From: Acidimicrobiales bacterium
GTDB lineage: Bacteria > Actinomycetota > Acidimicrobiia > Acidimicrobiales > Bog-793
DNA length: 64,000 bases
Assembly: GCA_035532475.1 (NCBI GenBank)
Contig: DATKQY010000061.1
Location: 16,669 to 80,668 of the forward strand
Direction: 5' to 3'
Positions within the stretch are counted from its first letter, which is position 1. Every line of letters starts with the position of its first letter. Below are positions 6,781 through 16,184 of this stretch, in pieces. A program made the translations under genes and the position numbers. The notes beneath the pieces were generated by a model, which was not told the origin of the DNA, did not search any database, and saw nothing but the letters and a program-made list of their open reading frames with translations.

Positions 6781-9599
6781 CGCTCCACGCGACCGCGACC
6801 GACGACCGCCTCGACGTGCTCGCCCCCGACCCGGCGCTTCGCGCCGTCGTGGCGGGGCCTGCGCGGCCGATCGCCCTCGCGGACCTGTTGAACGATCTCG
6901 GGACGCTCGTGAGGCTCCTCCACGGCGCCCTGAGCGCCGGCGACCTCCTCGACGCCTTCCTCCTCGCTGCTGGTGCGCAGCAGATCGTGGAGGACCGTCT
7001 CGGCGGCCAGCGGCGACTCACCCTGCGGCGTGCCGCCGGGCATCTTGGGGGCCGGCCCGGCCTCGTCCCCCGCACGCTCGGCCGGGCGCTGCGCGCCGTC
7101 GACGCAGCGCTCGTCCGCCTGGGATCCTGGCGCCGCCTCGGGCGCGCGCTCGCCCGGGAGGCCGACGCCACGACCGACTTCCTCGTCGGGCTCGCCCACG
7201 CGCTGCTCGGCGACCCCCCGGGCCAGCAGGAGATGGCCAGGCTGCAACGGCAGGGTCGCGAGCTGGTCTCGCGCCTCGGCGAGCTGGCGCCGGCGCTGGC
7301 GGGCGAGGTTGTCCGGCTGCCCTCGTGCTTCCGCAGCTTCGACCAGCGCCCGGCCGACGTCGTCGCGATGGTGACGACCTTCGCGAGTCGTTGGCCCGAG
7401 CGATCCCGGCCGATCTCGGTCGTCGGACTGCGGACATCGGGTGGCTACCTGGCGCCACTTTGCTCAGCTGCCCTCGAGCGACTCGGCTACGCCTCGGTGA
7501 CGACGATGACCGTGCGCCCGGGCTGGCCGCTTCGACGCCGCAACCGTGCCCTTCTCGGCGCGACGGCGGAAGCCGGCGGGATGGTGCTGGTCCTCGACGA
7601 CCCGCCGGCGACCGGCAAGTCGATCGCCCGCGTGGTGAAGGACCTCGGCCGGGACGCCGGCATACCGTCGGAGTCGGTCGTGCTCCTCCTCGCCACGTTC
7701 GCGGAGGAGGCGTCGCTGCCCGCGCTCGTGGACTGTGGCGCCTCGGTCCTCCTGCCACGCTCGGCGTGGGACGTCGAGCGGCTCCTCCAGCCCGCCTGCG
7801 TGGCGCGCACCCTGGCCGGGCTGCTGCCCGAAGGCAGCGTGGTCCACCGGGTCGAATCGCTCGGTGAGCCGCACCGACCGGTGCGCGGCCATGTCTCCGC
7901 CCGCTACCGGGTCGAGACGAGCGACGCAGTCGGCGACACCGTGCGTACCGAGACGATCGTCGCGGAGGGGGTCGGCCTCGGCTACCTCGGCCGGCACGCG
8001 CTCGCCGTCGCCGAGTCGGCGCCCGAGCTGTACCCGGACGTCCTCGGCGTGGAGAACGGCATCTGCTACCGCCGCTTCCTGCCCGAGGCCTGGCGTCTCG
8101 ACGGCACCCGCCCCGCGCCCGCCACCGCCGACCGCCTCGCTGCCCACGTGGTGCGCCGGGAGCGGGCGCTCAGGGTCGAAGAGGACCGCAGCACCCTCCT
8201 GAGCGGCCGCCAGCCGGCGTGGGAGATCGCCGCGGACCTCGTGGCCCGGACGCTCGGCCCGCTCGGCGTCCCGCTGCGCCTCCCCCTCGTCGATCCCGTG
8301 GTACGGCGGCTCCTCGCCGTCGAGCACCCGACGGTCGTCGACGGCTCGACCGCGCGCGGAGGCTGGTTCCTCAGCCCGACCGGTCCGGTCGCGCGGCGCA
8401 CCGACTTCGCTGAGGGTCCGTTCAGCCACTTCGACCTGGCGAGCTACGACGCCGCCTTCGACCTCGCCGGCGCGACGGTGGCTGTGGGCGACCCCAGGTT
8501 CGCCGCCCGCCTCCGCAGCTCCTACGAGTCCCTGGCGGGCCGGAGCATCGACGCCGAGCGATGGATGCTGCTGCGCCTGGTCCACCTGTGGGATGCCGAG
8601 CGGCTCGAGCTCGCCGCCCCAGCGATGGTGCGCCGCGCCGGCGCTCGCGTGCTCCAGGAGTACGTCGCCGAGCGCTTTCTCCGCGACCTCGCGCCGGTCG
8701 AGGACGGTCCGACCTGTGCGCTCGACCTCGACGGCGTGCTCGAGACCGGCACGCTCGGCTTCTCGGCGACGACCCTCGCCGGGGCGATGGCGCTGCGGGC
8801 GCTTCGGGCCCACGGCTACCGCGTCGTCCTCGCCACCGGGCGCAGCCTCGGCGAGGTCATCGAGCGGTGCGCGGCCTACGGGCTGGCCGGCGGCGTCGCC
8901 GAGTACGGCTCGGTCGCCTACGACCACCTCCGCGGGGAGAGCACCGAGCTCGTCGCGAGCGGCGACGAGGCGGCGGTCGAGGCGTTGCGGGCCGCCCTCC
9001 GCGGCCAACCCGAGCTCACCCTCGACGGGGACTACCCCAGGATCGTCCGCGTCTCGCGCACCCGCGCGGGGCGCACGCGGCGTGGCCTCGACGCCGAGAC
9101 CGTCGCCGGCCTGCTCGAGACGCCCGGGACCGGCGATCGCCTCACGGCGATCCCCGGCGAGTACCAGACCGACTTTGCGGCGACCGGGGTGAGCAAGGAC
9201 CAGGCGCTTTGCGTCCTGCTCGACCAGCTCGACGGTGCCGGCGGGGTCCGCCGGGATCCTGGACACCGCCTCGAGCTGGCCGTCGGCGACGGCCGCGCCG
9301 ACGTCGGGATGCTCCGGCTCGCGCGCCTCGGGCTGGCCCCAGCCAACGCTGACGAGGTGATGCGCCGCAGCGGTGCCTCCGTCCTGAGGCGCTCCTACCA
9401 GGCGGGCCTCGGCGATGCCGTCGGCCGGCTGCTCGGCCACCGGCCAGGCAGCTGCCCGGCGTGCCGGCTGCCCGCGCTCACCCCAGACGCCCGCGAGCTG
9501 CTCGCGCTGGTGTCGGTGCAAGAGGGTGGTCGGCGGGGCGCGCCGGGGCGCCTCCTCGGGCTCGCGGCCGGCGCCGTCCGGGGTCTGTGGCGGACATGA
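6777..9599 (+). CDS. 940-aa multidomain protein: helical N-domain, phosphoribosyltransferase-like domain, kinase-like (apparently degenerate) middle region and HAD-IIB phosphatase domain
   Basis: Real start taken as GTG 6777 (GTGA overlap with the GT2 stop) inside track ORF 5730..9599. PRPP-loop-like MVLVLDDPPATGKSIARVV. HAD motif I CALDLDGVLETG, Lys motif GVSKDQAL, motif III AVGDGRADVGML. Confidence 0.7.
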   Translation: MTLHATATDDRLDVLAPDPALRAVVAGPARPIALADLLNDLGTLVRLLHGALSAGDLLDAFLLAAGAQQIVEDRLGGQRRLTLRRAAGHLGGRPGLVPRTLGRALRAVDAALVRLGSWRRLGRALAREADATTDFLVGLAHALLGDPPGQQEMARLQRQGRELVSRLGELAPALAGEVVRLPSCFRSFDQRPADVVAMVTTFASRWPERSRPISVVGLRTSGGYLAPLCSAALERLGYASVTTMTVRPGWPLRRRNRALLGATAEAGGMVLVLDDPPATGKSIARVVKDLGRDAGIPSESVVLLLATFAEEASLPALVDCGASVLLPRSAWDVERLLQPACVARTLAGLLPEGSVVHRVESLGEPHRPVRGHVSARYRVETSDAVGDTVRTETIVAEGVGLGYLGRHALAVAESAPELYPDVLGVENGICYRRFLPEAWRLDGTRPAPATADRLAAHVVRRERALRVEEDRSTLLSGRQPAWEIAADLVARTLGPLGVPLRLPLVDPVVRRLLAVEHPTVVDGSTARGGWFLSPTGPVARRTDFAEGPFSHFDLASYDAAFDLAGATVAVGDPRFAARLRSSYESLAGRSIDAERWMLLRLVHLWDAERLELAAPAMVRRAGARVLQEYVAERFLRDLAPVEDGPTCALDLDGVLETGTLGFSATTLAGAMALRALRAHGYRVVLATGRSLGEVIERCAAYGLAGGVAEYGSVAYDHLRGESTELVASGDEAAVEALRAALRGQPELTLDGDYPRIVRVSRTRAGRTRRGLDAETVAGLLETPGTGDRLTAIPGEYQTDFAATGVSKDQALCVLLDQLDGAGGVRRDPGHRLELAVGDGRADVGMLRLARLGLAPANADEVMRRSGASVLRRSYQAGLGDAVGRLLGHRPGSCPACRLPALTPDARELLALVSVQEGGRRGAPGRLLGLAAGAVRGLWRT

Positions 9600-12001
9600 G
9601 CGCCATCGTCCAGGATCCGCCCCTGCGCCACCGGGGCGTCACGTCGTTCGCGCGCGAGCTGCGTGAGCCGCTGTTCCGCAACGGCCTCGCGCTGGTGCTC
9701 AGCTCGCTCGCCACCGGCGCGATCGGCGTGCTCTTCTGGCTGCTCGCGGCGCGCTTCTACTCGCCGGCCGTCGTCGGCCGGAACTCCGTCGCCGTCTCCA
9801 CCTTGATGTTCATGGGCGGCGTCGCCCAGCTGAACCTCGCGAGCGCGCTCATCCGCTTCATCCCGCCCGCCGGCCGATCGGTGCGCCGGCTGGTCGTGTG
9901 CGTCTACGCGCTCAGCTCGGCGATCTGCGCCGGCCTCGCGATCGTCTTCCTCCTCCTGGTCGGCCACCTCGTCCCGAGCCTCGCCTACCTCCGCAACGAC
10001 CGGTGGCTGCCGATGTGGTGGGTGCTGTCGAGTGTCGCCTGGGCGATCTTCGTGCTGGAGGACGGTGCGCTCACCGGCCTTCGCCGGGCCCCGATCGTGC
10101 CGATCGAGAACGCGGGCTTCTCGCTGCTCAAGGCGGCGATCGTCATCCCCTTCGCCACGATCTTCCCGACGACCGGGATCTTCGTCGCCTGGACCTTGGC
10201 GACGATCGTGACCATCCTGCCGACGAACATCTACATCTTCGGCCGGGCGATCCCGCTCGCCCACCGGCGTTCCCCCGTCGGCGGAGTGTCCGTGCGCCAG
10301 ATCGCGCGGTTCACCCGTTACGACTTCGTCGGCTCGATCTTCTGGCTGGTCGCGGTGTCGCTCCTGCCGGTGATGGTGATCCGCGAGGTCGGGGCCACGA
10401 AGAGCGCCGCCTTCTCGCTCGCGTGGGTGATCTCGTACTCGTTGTACATGGTGAGCATCAGCATGGGCTCGTCACTCGTCGTCGAGACCGCCGTCGACCA
10501 GTCCCAGCTGGAGCTGCAGTGCCGGCGCGTGATGGCGAACCTCGCAAAGCTGATCACGCCCGCGGTGGTCGTCCTCCTCGCCGGCGCCCCGTTCATCCTC
10601 AAGCTGTTCGGCCACAGCTACTCGGCGGACGGTGCCAACGCCCTCAGGCTGCTCGCGCTCTCCGCGCTGCCCTTCATCGTCAACGGCACCGCCGTCGGCG
10701 CGCTGCGGGCGCGGCGGCGCATGGTCCCGGTCGCCGTGCTGAACATCGGCATGTGCATCTCGGTCGTGGCGATCAGCTGGATCCTGCTGCCGCGAGTCGG
10801 CATCGTCGGCGCCGGCGTCGCGTGGCTCGTCACCCAGTGCGTCGCCGCTGTCGCGATGTTGGCGGCGCGGCGCCTCTGGCTACGGCCGGACTACCGCTTC
10901 CCCGGCATGCGCGCCTGGCTGACCGGACTCTCGCTCCCGCTCGTCCGCCTCGCCGCCAACGCCTCGTTGCCGGAGGTCGTCACCCGCCTGCGCTCGAGCC
11001 GGAGCACCGGCCGGCTGAAGGCGCAACTGCCGAGCGAGGTCGTCGCCGACCTGACCCGCTCGGCGGGCCGGGGCCGGCGACAGCTCGGCGAACTGGAGGT
11101 CCTTCCGAGCGCATCCGACCTCACGGTCGCGATCCTCCACAGCACCGACGGCAAGCCATACGCGGTCGCCAAGGTGCCGCGCACCGACCGGGCCTGCGCC
11201 GACCTGCGCCGCCAGGAGTCGGTGCTGCGTGTGCTCGCCGCTGACGACCGGCTCGGTACCTGGCGGCGCTTCCTTCCGAGCTTCAAGCTCCACGAGCACG
11301 AGCAGCACACGTACGCCGTCGAGTCGCTCGGTCGGGGCGTCGATGCGGCGGGGCTGCTCGGCGGGGCGTCGGCGTCGGCGCTCGCGATCGCCCGGCGCTC
11401 GCTCAAGGCGATCGGCGACCTCCACGAGCGCACGGGCCGCGAGGTCGTGGTCGACGAGCTGCTCTTCGAGCAGCTCCTCGAGCCGTCGCTGCGCCCGCTG
11501 CGCCGGTCGCACCCGTCCGGCATCGTGCCGGCGTCCCAGCTCGTGGCGCTCGCCCGGCTGGAGGACCGCCTACGCGAGGCCAGCATCGGGCGCACCGTCC
11601 CGATCAGCTGGGTCCATGGCGACTTCACGCCGGGCAACGTGATGCTCACCGCCGACGGGGCGCGCGTCACGACGCTGCTCGACTGGGGTCAGGCCCGCCC
11701 CGACGGCATCCCGGCGTTCGACGTCCTCCTGTGGGTCTTCGCGCTGCGCTGCCGGGCTGGCGGCCACCAGTTCGGCGCGGAGGTCCGCCGCGTCATGAGG
11801 TCCGCCGACTGGTCCGGCGATCCCGTGCTCGCGCTTGCCTCGAAGACGCTCGAACGGACCGACATCGCCGCAGGCGACCTCGCGCTCTGGTGCTGGCTCG
11901 ACCACGTCGCCGGCAACCTCGACAAGTCCGAGCGCTACGCACGTCACCCCCTGTGGTGGACGTCGAACGTCGAGCCCGTGCTGCGCGAGGTGGCAGCATG
12001 A
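9596..12001 (+). CDS. Wzx/MOP-type polysaccharide flippase (about 12-14 TM) fused to a C-terminal APH/choline-kinase-type phosphotransferase domain
   Basis: ATG 9596 (ATGA overlap) inside ORF 9461..12001. The N-terminal ~480 aa are polytopic (LALVLSSLATGAIGVLFWLLAARFYSPAVVGRNSVAVSTLMF...). The C-terminus carries the kinase catalytic loop WVHGDFTPGNVML and the DFG-equivalent LLDWGQARPDG. Confidence 0.75.
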   Translation: MSAIVQDPPLRHRGVTSFARELREPLFRNGLALVLSSLATGAIGVLFWLLAARFYSPAVVGRNSVAVSTLMFMGGVAQLNLASALIRFIPPAGRSVRRLVVCVYALSSAICAGLAIVFLLLVGHLVPSLAYLRNDRWLPMWWVLSSVAWAIFVLEDGALTGLRRAPIVPIENAGFSLLKAAIVIPFATIFPTTGIFVAWTLATIVTILPTNIYIFGRAIPLAHRRSPVGGVSVRQIARFTRYDFVGSIFWLVAVSLLPVMVIREVGATKSAAFSLAWVISYSLYMVSISMGSSLVVETAVDQSQLELQCRRVMANLAKLITPAVVVLLAGAPFILKLFGHSYSADGANALRLLALSALPFIVNGTAVGALRARRRMVPVAVLNIGMCISVVAISWILLPRVGIVGAGVAWLVTQCVAAVAMLAARRLWLRPDYRFPGMRAWLTGLSLPLVRLAANASLPEVVTRLRSSRSTGRLKAQLPSEVVADLTRSAGRGRRQLGELEVLPSASDLTVAILHSTDGKPYAVAKVPRTDRACADLRRQESVLRVLAADDRLGTWRRFLPSFKLHEHEQHTYAVESLGRGVDAAGLLGGASASALAIARRSLKAIGDLHERTGREVVVDELLFEQLLEPSLRPLRRSHPSGIVPASQLVALARLEDRLREASIGRTVPISWVHGDFTPGNVMLTADGARVTTLLDWGQARPDGIPAFDVLLWVFALRCRAGGHQFGAEVRRVMRSADWSGDPVLALASKTLERTDIAAGDLALWCWLDHVAGNLDKSERYARHPLWWTSNVEPVLREVAA

Positions 12002-14817
12002 CGGACGTGCTCGCACCCCCGACCTGCGCGATCTCGGTCGTCGTCTGCGCGTACACCGAGGAGCGATGGGATGAGATCAACGCGGCCGTCGCCTCGTTGC
12101 GAACCCAGAGCATCCCCGCCGAAGAGATCATCCTCGTCGTCGACCACTGCCCGAGCCTCCTCGCCCGGGCCCGGCGCGCCTTCGCCGACATTCATGTGAT
12201 CGCGAGCGTCGGGCGGCCGGGACTGTCGGGCGCCCGGAACACCGGCTACGAGGCGGCACACGGTGACGTGGTGGCGTTCCTCGATGACGACGCCACGGCG
12301 GCTCCGGACTGGCTCGAGCAGCTGCAGCGCACCTACCAGGACGGCGAGGTCGCCGGCGTCGGCGGCCTCGTCGTGCCGAACTGGGTCGACCACCGCCCGG
12401 GCTGGTTCCCGGAGGAGTTCGACTGGGTGGTCGGCTGCTCCCACTCGGGGATGCCGTCGGCGACCGCCGACGTGCGCAACTTCGTCGGTGCCAACATGTC
12501 GTTCCGCCGCGACGTGCTCGTCGGCCTCGGCGGTTTCGCCGGCGTGCTCGGCCGCAACGGCGCCGACGCCTCGGGCTGCGAGGAGACCGAGCTGTGCATC
12601 CGGGCCTCGACGTGGCACGAGCACAGCCGCCTCGTCTACGAGCCTGCGGCCCGCGTCGAGCACCGCGTGCCGCGGGCCCGGGGCACCTGGAAGTACTTCC
12701 TCCGCCGCTGCTACGGCGAGGGCAAGTCGAAGGCGCTCGTCCGAAAGATCGCCGGCGCGCAGCACGGGCTGTCCGAGGAGCGGATCCACGTCCGCAGGAC
12801 GATCCCGCTCGCCGTCGCCCGCTCCATCGGCGAGGCGCTACGGGGACGTCCGGTGGCGGGCCTGCGCGCCGTGGCCAACGTCACCGGCACTGGCGTCACC
12901 GTGCTCGGCTACGCCGTCGGCCGCGCGGCCCTGCTGCGCGGCACGGCGCGCCCGCACGAGCGGCTCGCCCCCCCGACGGCGAAGCGGTTGGCTCCTGGCC
13001 GGATCGTGGTGCGGACCTGGCTCGGGGGGACCGCGCTCGGCGCCGGCGCGCTGACGCTCGGCCTGGCGCTGTGGATCACGACGATGGTGCGGGGCGTCCC
13101 GCTCGGCCGCATGAGCGACCTCGGCCTCGTGTCGGTGCTGCCGGCGACGTACTGGGCCGCGCTCGTGCTCGTCACCGTCAGCTTCTGCTCGACGGTCCGG
13201 CGGATGGAGTCGAGCAAGGCGTTGCTCGTCGCGCACGTCGTGCTGCTGCTGGCGATCCTGCACCTCACCCCGAACGTCCTCTACGAGACCCTCCGGTACT
13301 CATGGGCGTGGAAGCACGTGGCGATCACCAACGGTGTCATCGCCCATCACGGCGTGAACACCGCGCAGCCCGACCCGAACCTCGTCGCCTATCAGGACTG
13401 GCCGGGTTTCTTCACCCTGAACGCGCTCTTCTCGTCGGGCTCCGGTTTCGCCTCGCCGCTCAGCTACGCCGGGTGGGCCCCGTTCGTCAGCGAGCTCTCC
13501 TACGCCGGGCCGCTGATCCTCATCTTCCGCACGTTCTCGGCCGACCAGCGGATCCGCTGGACGGCGCTGTGGATCTTCTACCTCGGCAACTGGGTCGGCC
13601 AGGACTACTTCTCGCCGCAGGGCTACGCCTACTTCCTCTACCTCACCGTGATCGCGCTGTGCCTGCGGCACTTCGCGTCCGCGCGGGCCGGGGCGTCATC
13701 GCTCGACGTGGGACCGGCCGCCGTCGAGGTCGCCGAGGAAGCAGCCGAGCAACGGCGGCACGATCGGCGCCTGTACTACCTGTTCACGGTGATCATCATC
13801 GCGGCGGTCGCCTCCAGCCACCAGCTCACCCCGTTCATGATCGTGAGCGCCCTCGCGCTCCTCGCCCTCTTCGGCAGGCTCCGCTACAAGTCGCTGCCGG
13901 TCGTCGCCCTCGCCCTCACCGTCGGCTGGATCGCCTTCGCGGCGCGCACGTTCATGAAGCAGAACATCCCGAGCCTGATCAAGGGTTTCGGTGACCTGCT
14001 GTCGAACACCGCCGTCCAGATGGTCAACCCCGGGCAGGCGAGCTCCCTGCAGCTGTTCGGCTCCGAGGTCGACCGTCTCCTCACCGCCGCCGTGATCCTG
14101 CTCGGCGCCTTCGGCTTCCTGTGGCGCTGGCGCAACGGCCAACAGCGCGCCTGGTTCCCGGCGGCGCTGCTCTGCGCCTCGCCGATGCTCGCCCTCGCGG
14201 CGAACAACTACGGGGGCGAGATCGTGTTCCGCGTCGTGCTGTTCGCGCTCCCCTTCCTCGCCGTGCTCGCCGCGTCGCTGTTCGTCCCGGCGCGCCACCG
14301 GCCGGGACGGCGCCACCGGGTGCACAACGCGGCCAGGCTCGCGGTCGTGGCGGCGCTGCTCGGCGGCTTCATCATCTCCTACTACGGCAAGGAACGGACG
14401 AACTACTTCCCGCCCGAGGAGGTACAGAGCTTCTCCGCCCTCTACCGCCTCGCCCCTCCCGGATCGCTCATCGTCGCCGCGACCGGCAATCAACCGTGGC
14501 CGCTCGAGAACTACGAGACCTACAGCGACTACTACTTCACCGCCGACACGCCCCAGGCACTCGCCGACGTCATCAAGCACCCGGTCGCCGTGCTGGCCCA
14601 CGACCTGACGGCGAGGAAGGACGCGTTCTTGGTGTTCGACACGACCGACGACGCGGTGATCGAGAGCACCGGGTTGATGCCGCGGGGCGCGTACGGCGCC
14701 GTCGAGCGAGCGGTGCTCGCGTCGCCCCGGTTCAAGGTCCTGCTACGGAACTCGACGACCGTCGTCCTCGAGCTCGCCTCGCGTGGCGCGTCCACCACGC
14801 AGCCGGTGAACGCATGA
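11998..14817 (+). CDS. GT2 glycosyltransferase fused to a ~14-TM domain with a C-terminal soluble domain (GT-C- or polymerase-like topology)
   Basis: ATG 11998 (ATGA overlap). GT2 part: ISVVVCAYTEERWDEINAAVASLRTQ...GLSGARNTGYEAAHGDVVAFLDDDA...FPEEFDWVVGCS. About 14 hydrophobic helices follow, then a ~130-aa hydrophilic tail. Confidence 0.75.
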   Translation: MTDVLAPPTCAISVVVCAYTEERWDEINAAVASLRTQSIPAEEIILVVDHCPSLLARARRAFADIHVIASVGRPGLSGARNTGYEAAHGDVVAFLDDDATAAPDWLEQLQRTYQDGEVAGVGGLVVPNWVDHRPGWFPEEFDWVVGCSHSGMPSATADVRNFVGANMSFRRDVLVGLGGFAGVLGRNGADASGCEETELCIRASTWHEHSRLVYEPAARVEHRVPRARGTWKYFLRRCYGEGKSKALVRKIAGAQHGLSEERIHVRRTIPLAVARSIGEALRGRPVAGLRAVANVTGTGVTVLGYAVGRAALLRGTARPHERLAPPTAKRLAPGRIVVRTWLGGTALGAGALTLGLALWITTMVRGVPLGRMSDLGLVSVLPATYWAALVLVTVSFCSTVRRMESSKALLVAHVVLLLAILHLTPNVLYETLRYSWAWKHVAITNGVIAHHGVNTAQPDPNLVAYQDWPGFFTLNALFSSGSGFASPLSYAGWAPFVSELSYAGPLILIFRTFSADQRIRWTALWIFYLGNWVGQDYFSPQGYAYFLYLTVIALCLRHFASARAGASSLDVGPAAVEVAEEAAEQRRHDRRLYYLFTVIIIAAVASSHQLTPFMIVSALALLALFGRLRYKSLPVVALALTVGWIAFAARTFMKQNIPSLIKGFGDLLSNTAVQMVNPGQASSLQLFGSEVDRLLTAAVILLGAFGFLWRWRNGQQRAWFPAALLCASPMLALAANNYGGEIVFRVVLFALPFLAVLAASLFVPARHRPGRRHRVHNAARLAVVAALLGGFIISYYGKERTNYFPPEEVQSFSALYRLAPPGSLIVAATGNQPWPLENYETYSDYYFTADTPQALADVIKHPVAVLAHDLTARKDAFLVFDTTDDAVIESTGLMPRGAYGAVERAVLASPRFKVLLRNSTTVVLELASRGASTTQPVNA

Positions 14818-15302
14818 GCGCCGGCCGCGTCCCCGTCGAGCACCCGCAGTCGCGTCGAGGCGCCCTCCGGCTCGAGCCCTCCCCGGAGCTCCTCCTCGCG
14901 CTGTCCGGCTGGGTCGCCGTCGCCATCGTGGCGTTGCAGGCGCCGGTTCCCCTCCGCACGATCGCCGTCTTCGGCTTCTCCGCCTCCGGGCCGGGGTTGG
15001 CACTCACCGCCTTTCTCGTGCGGCGCGACCGGCTCGAGCGCTTCGTGCTCACCCTCGCGCTCAGCCTCGCCGTCGCCACCTTGGTGAGCGAGGCCTTGGC
15101 GCTCGCCCACGCCTTCAGCGCCCTCACAACGCTCGTGACGCTGGCAGCCCTCACGACCGTTCTCGTCGGGGTCCACGCCCGCGACCGCCTCGCCGGACCC
15201 GGGCGGCGAGCCGCCCAGCTGCTCAGCCGTGCCTTTCTCGGCCCCGAGGAGGAACGCAAGGCCGCCATGCCCCCGCGGCCCAACAAGGAGGTTGTGGCAT
15301 GA
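14814..15302 (+). CDS. Small 4-TM membrane protein, function unknown
   Basis: ATG 14814 (ATGA overlap) within ORF 14121..15302. Four hydrophobic segments (LLLALSGWVAVAIVAL, IAVFGFSASGPGLALTAFLV, FVLTLALSLAVATLVSEALALA, LTTLVTLAALTTVLVGV). The gene is overlap-coupled on both sides. Confidence 0.55.
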   Translation: MSAGRVPVEHPQSRRGALRLEPSPELLLALSGWVAVAIVALQAPVPLRTIAVFGFSASGPGLALTAFLVRRDRLERFVLTLALSLAVATLVSEALALAHAFSALTTLVTLAALTTVLVGVHARDRLAGPGRRAAQLLSRAFLGPEEERKAAMPPRPNKEVVA

Positions 15303-16141
15303 ACGCCATGCCGATCCCGATCCTGCTGTACCACGCGGTATCGCCGGATCCGCCGCGCTGGCTCGAGCCGTGGAACGTCACCCCGGAGGTGTTTAGCGAG
15401 CAGCTCGACACGATCGTCGAGAACGGCTGCACGCCGTTCACGGTGTCGGGGCTGGTCGACATGCTCATGTCGCACAAGGAGCTGCCCGAGCGCCCGGTCG
15501 TCATCACCTTCGACGACGGCTTCGCCGACTTCGCTACCTACGCGGCGCCGGCACTCGCGGAGAGGGACATCCCGAGCACGATCTACGTGACGACGGGCAC
15601 CCTCGCCGGGCGGCAGGGCGCTCGTGACGTGAAGCTGCCGCCGGCCGCCATGCTCAGCTGGTCGGACCTCGCCGGGCTCGAGGGGCACGGCGTGGAGATC
15701 GGCGGGCACTCCCACACGCACCCCGAGCTCGACACGCTCTCCGCCGAGCGCGCGGCAGCCGAGATCCTGCGGCCGAAGGAGCTGCTCGAGGACGTCCTCG
15801 GCCACACCGTGCCGAGCTTCGCGTACCCGCACGGCTACTCGAGCCCGCGCATCCGGCGGATCACCGCCGAGGCAGGGTACGAGTCGGCCTGCGCGGTCCG
15901 CAACGCCTTCAGCTCCGTCTCGGACAACCTCTACGCCCTCTCGCGCCTGACCGTGCGGGACTTCACCCCGATGTCGACGCTGTCGGCCTGGTCGCTCGGC
16001 ACCGGTGCCGAGGTGGCGCCGCCGGGCGAGCGCCGCAGGACGCAGCTCTGGCGCTGGTACCGCAGGGCGCACCTCGACTCCATCGCCGGCGCGCCGTTCG
16101 CCGCGGCCGCGGCGCGAGGCGCTGACGAAGCGAGCCGATGA
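15299..16141 (+). CDS. Polysaccharide deacetylase (CE4, NodB homology domain)
   Basis: NodB motifs VVITFDDGF and GGHSHTHPEL, plus AYPHGY. CAAGGAG Shine-Dalgarno. ATGA overlap with the upstream gene. Confidence 0.85.
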   Translation: MNAMPIPILLYHAVSPDPPRWLEPWNVTPEVFSEQLDTIVENGCTPFTVSGLVDMLMSHKELPERPVVITFDDGFADFATYAAPALAERDIPSTIYVTTGTLAGRQGARDVKLPPAAMLSWSDLAGLEGHGVEIGGHSHTHPELDTLSAERAAAEILRPKELLEDVLGHTVPSFAYPHGYSSPRIRRITAEAGYESACAVRNAFSSVSDNLYALSRLTVRDFTPMSTLSAWSLGTGAEVAPPGERRRTQLWRWYRRAHLDSIAGAPFAAAAARGADEASR

Positions 16142-16184
16142 CCATGGCCGCCCATCCACCACGCCACGTGGCGCCTGGGAGAGG

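Noticed and set aside
5730-9599. A single 1289-aa ORF in the track
   Set aside because: Its first 349 codons overlap the well-supported GT2 gene (5341..6780) in another frame and translate to Arg/Gly/Pro-rich nonsense. The real gene starts at GTG 6777, which overlaps the GT2 stop.
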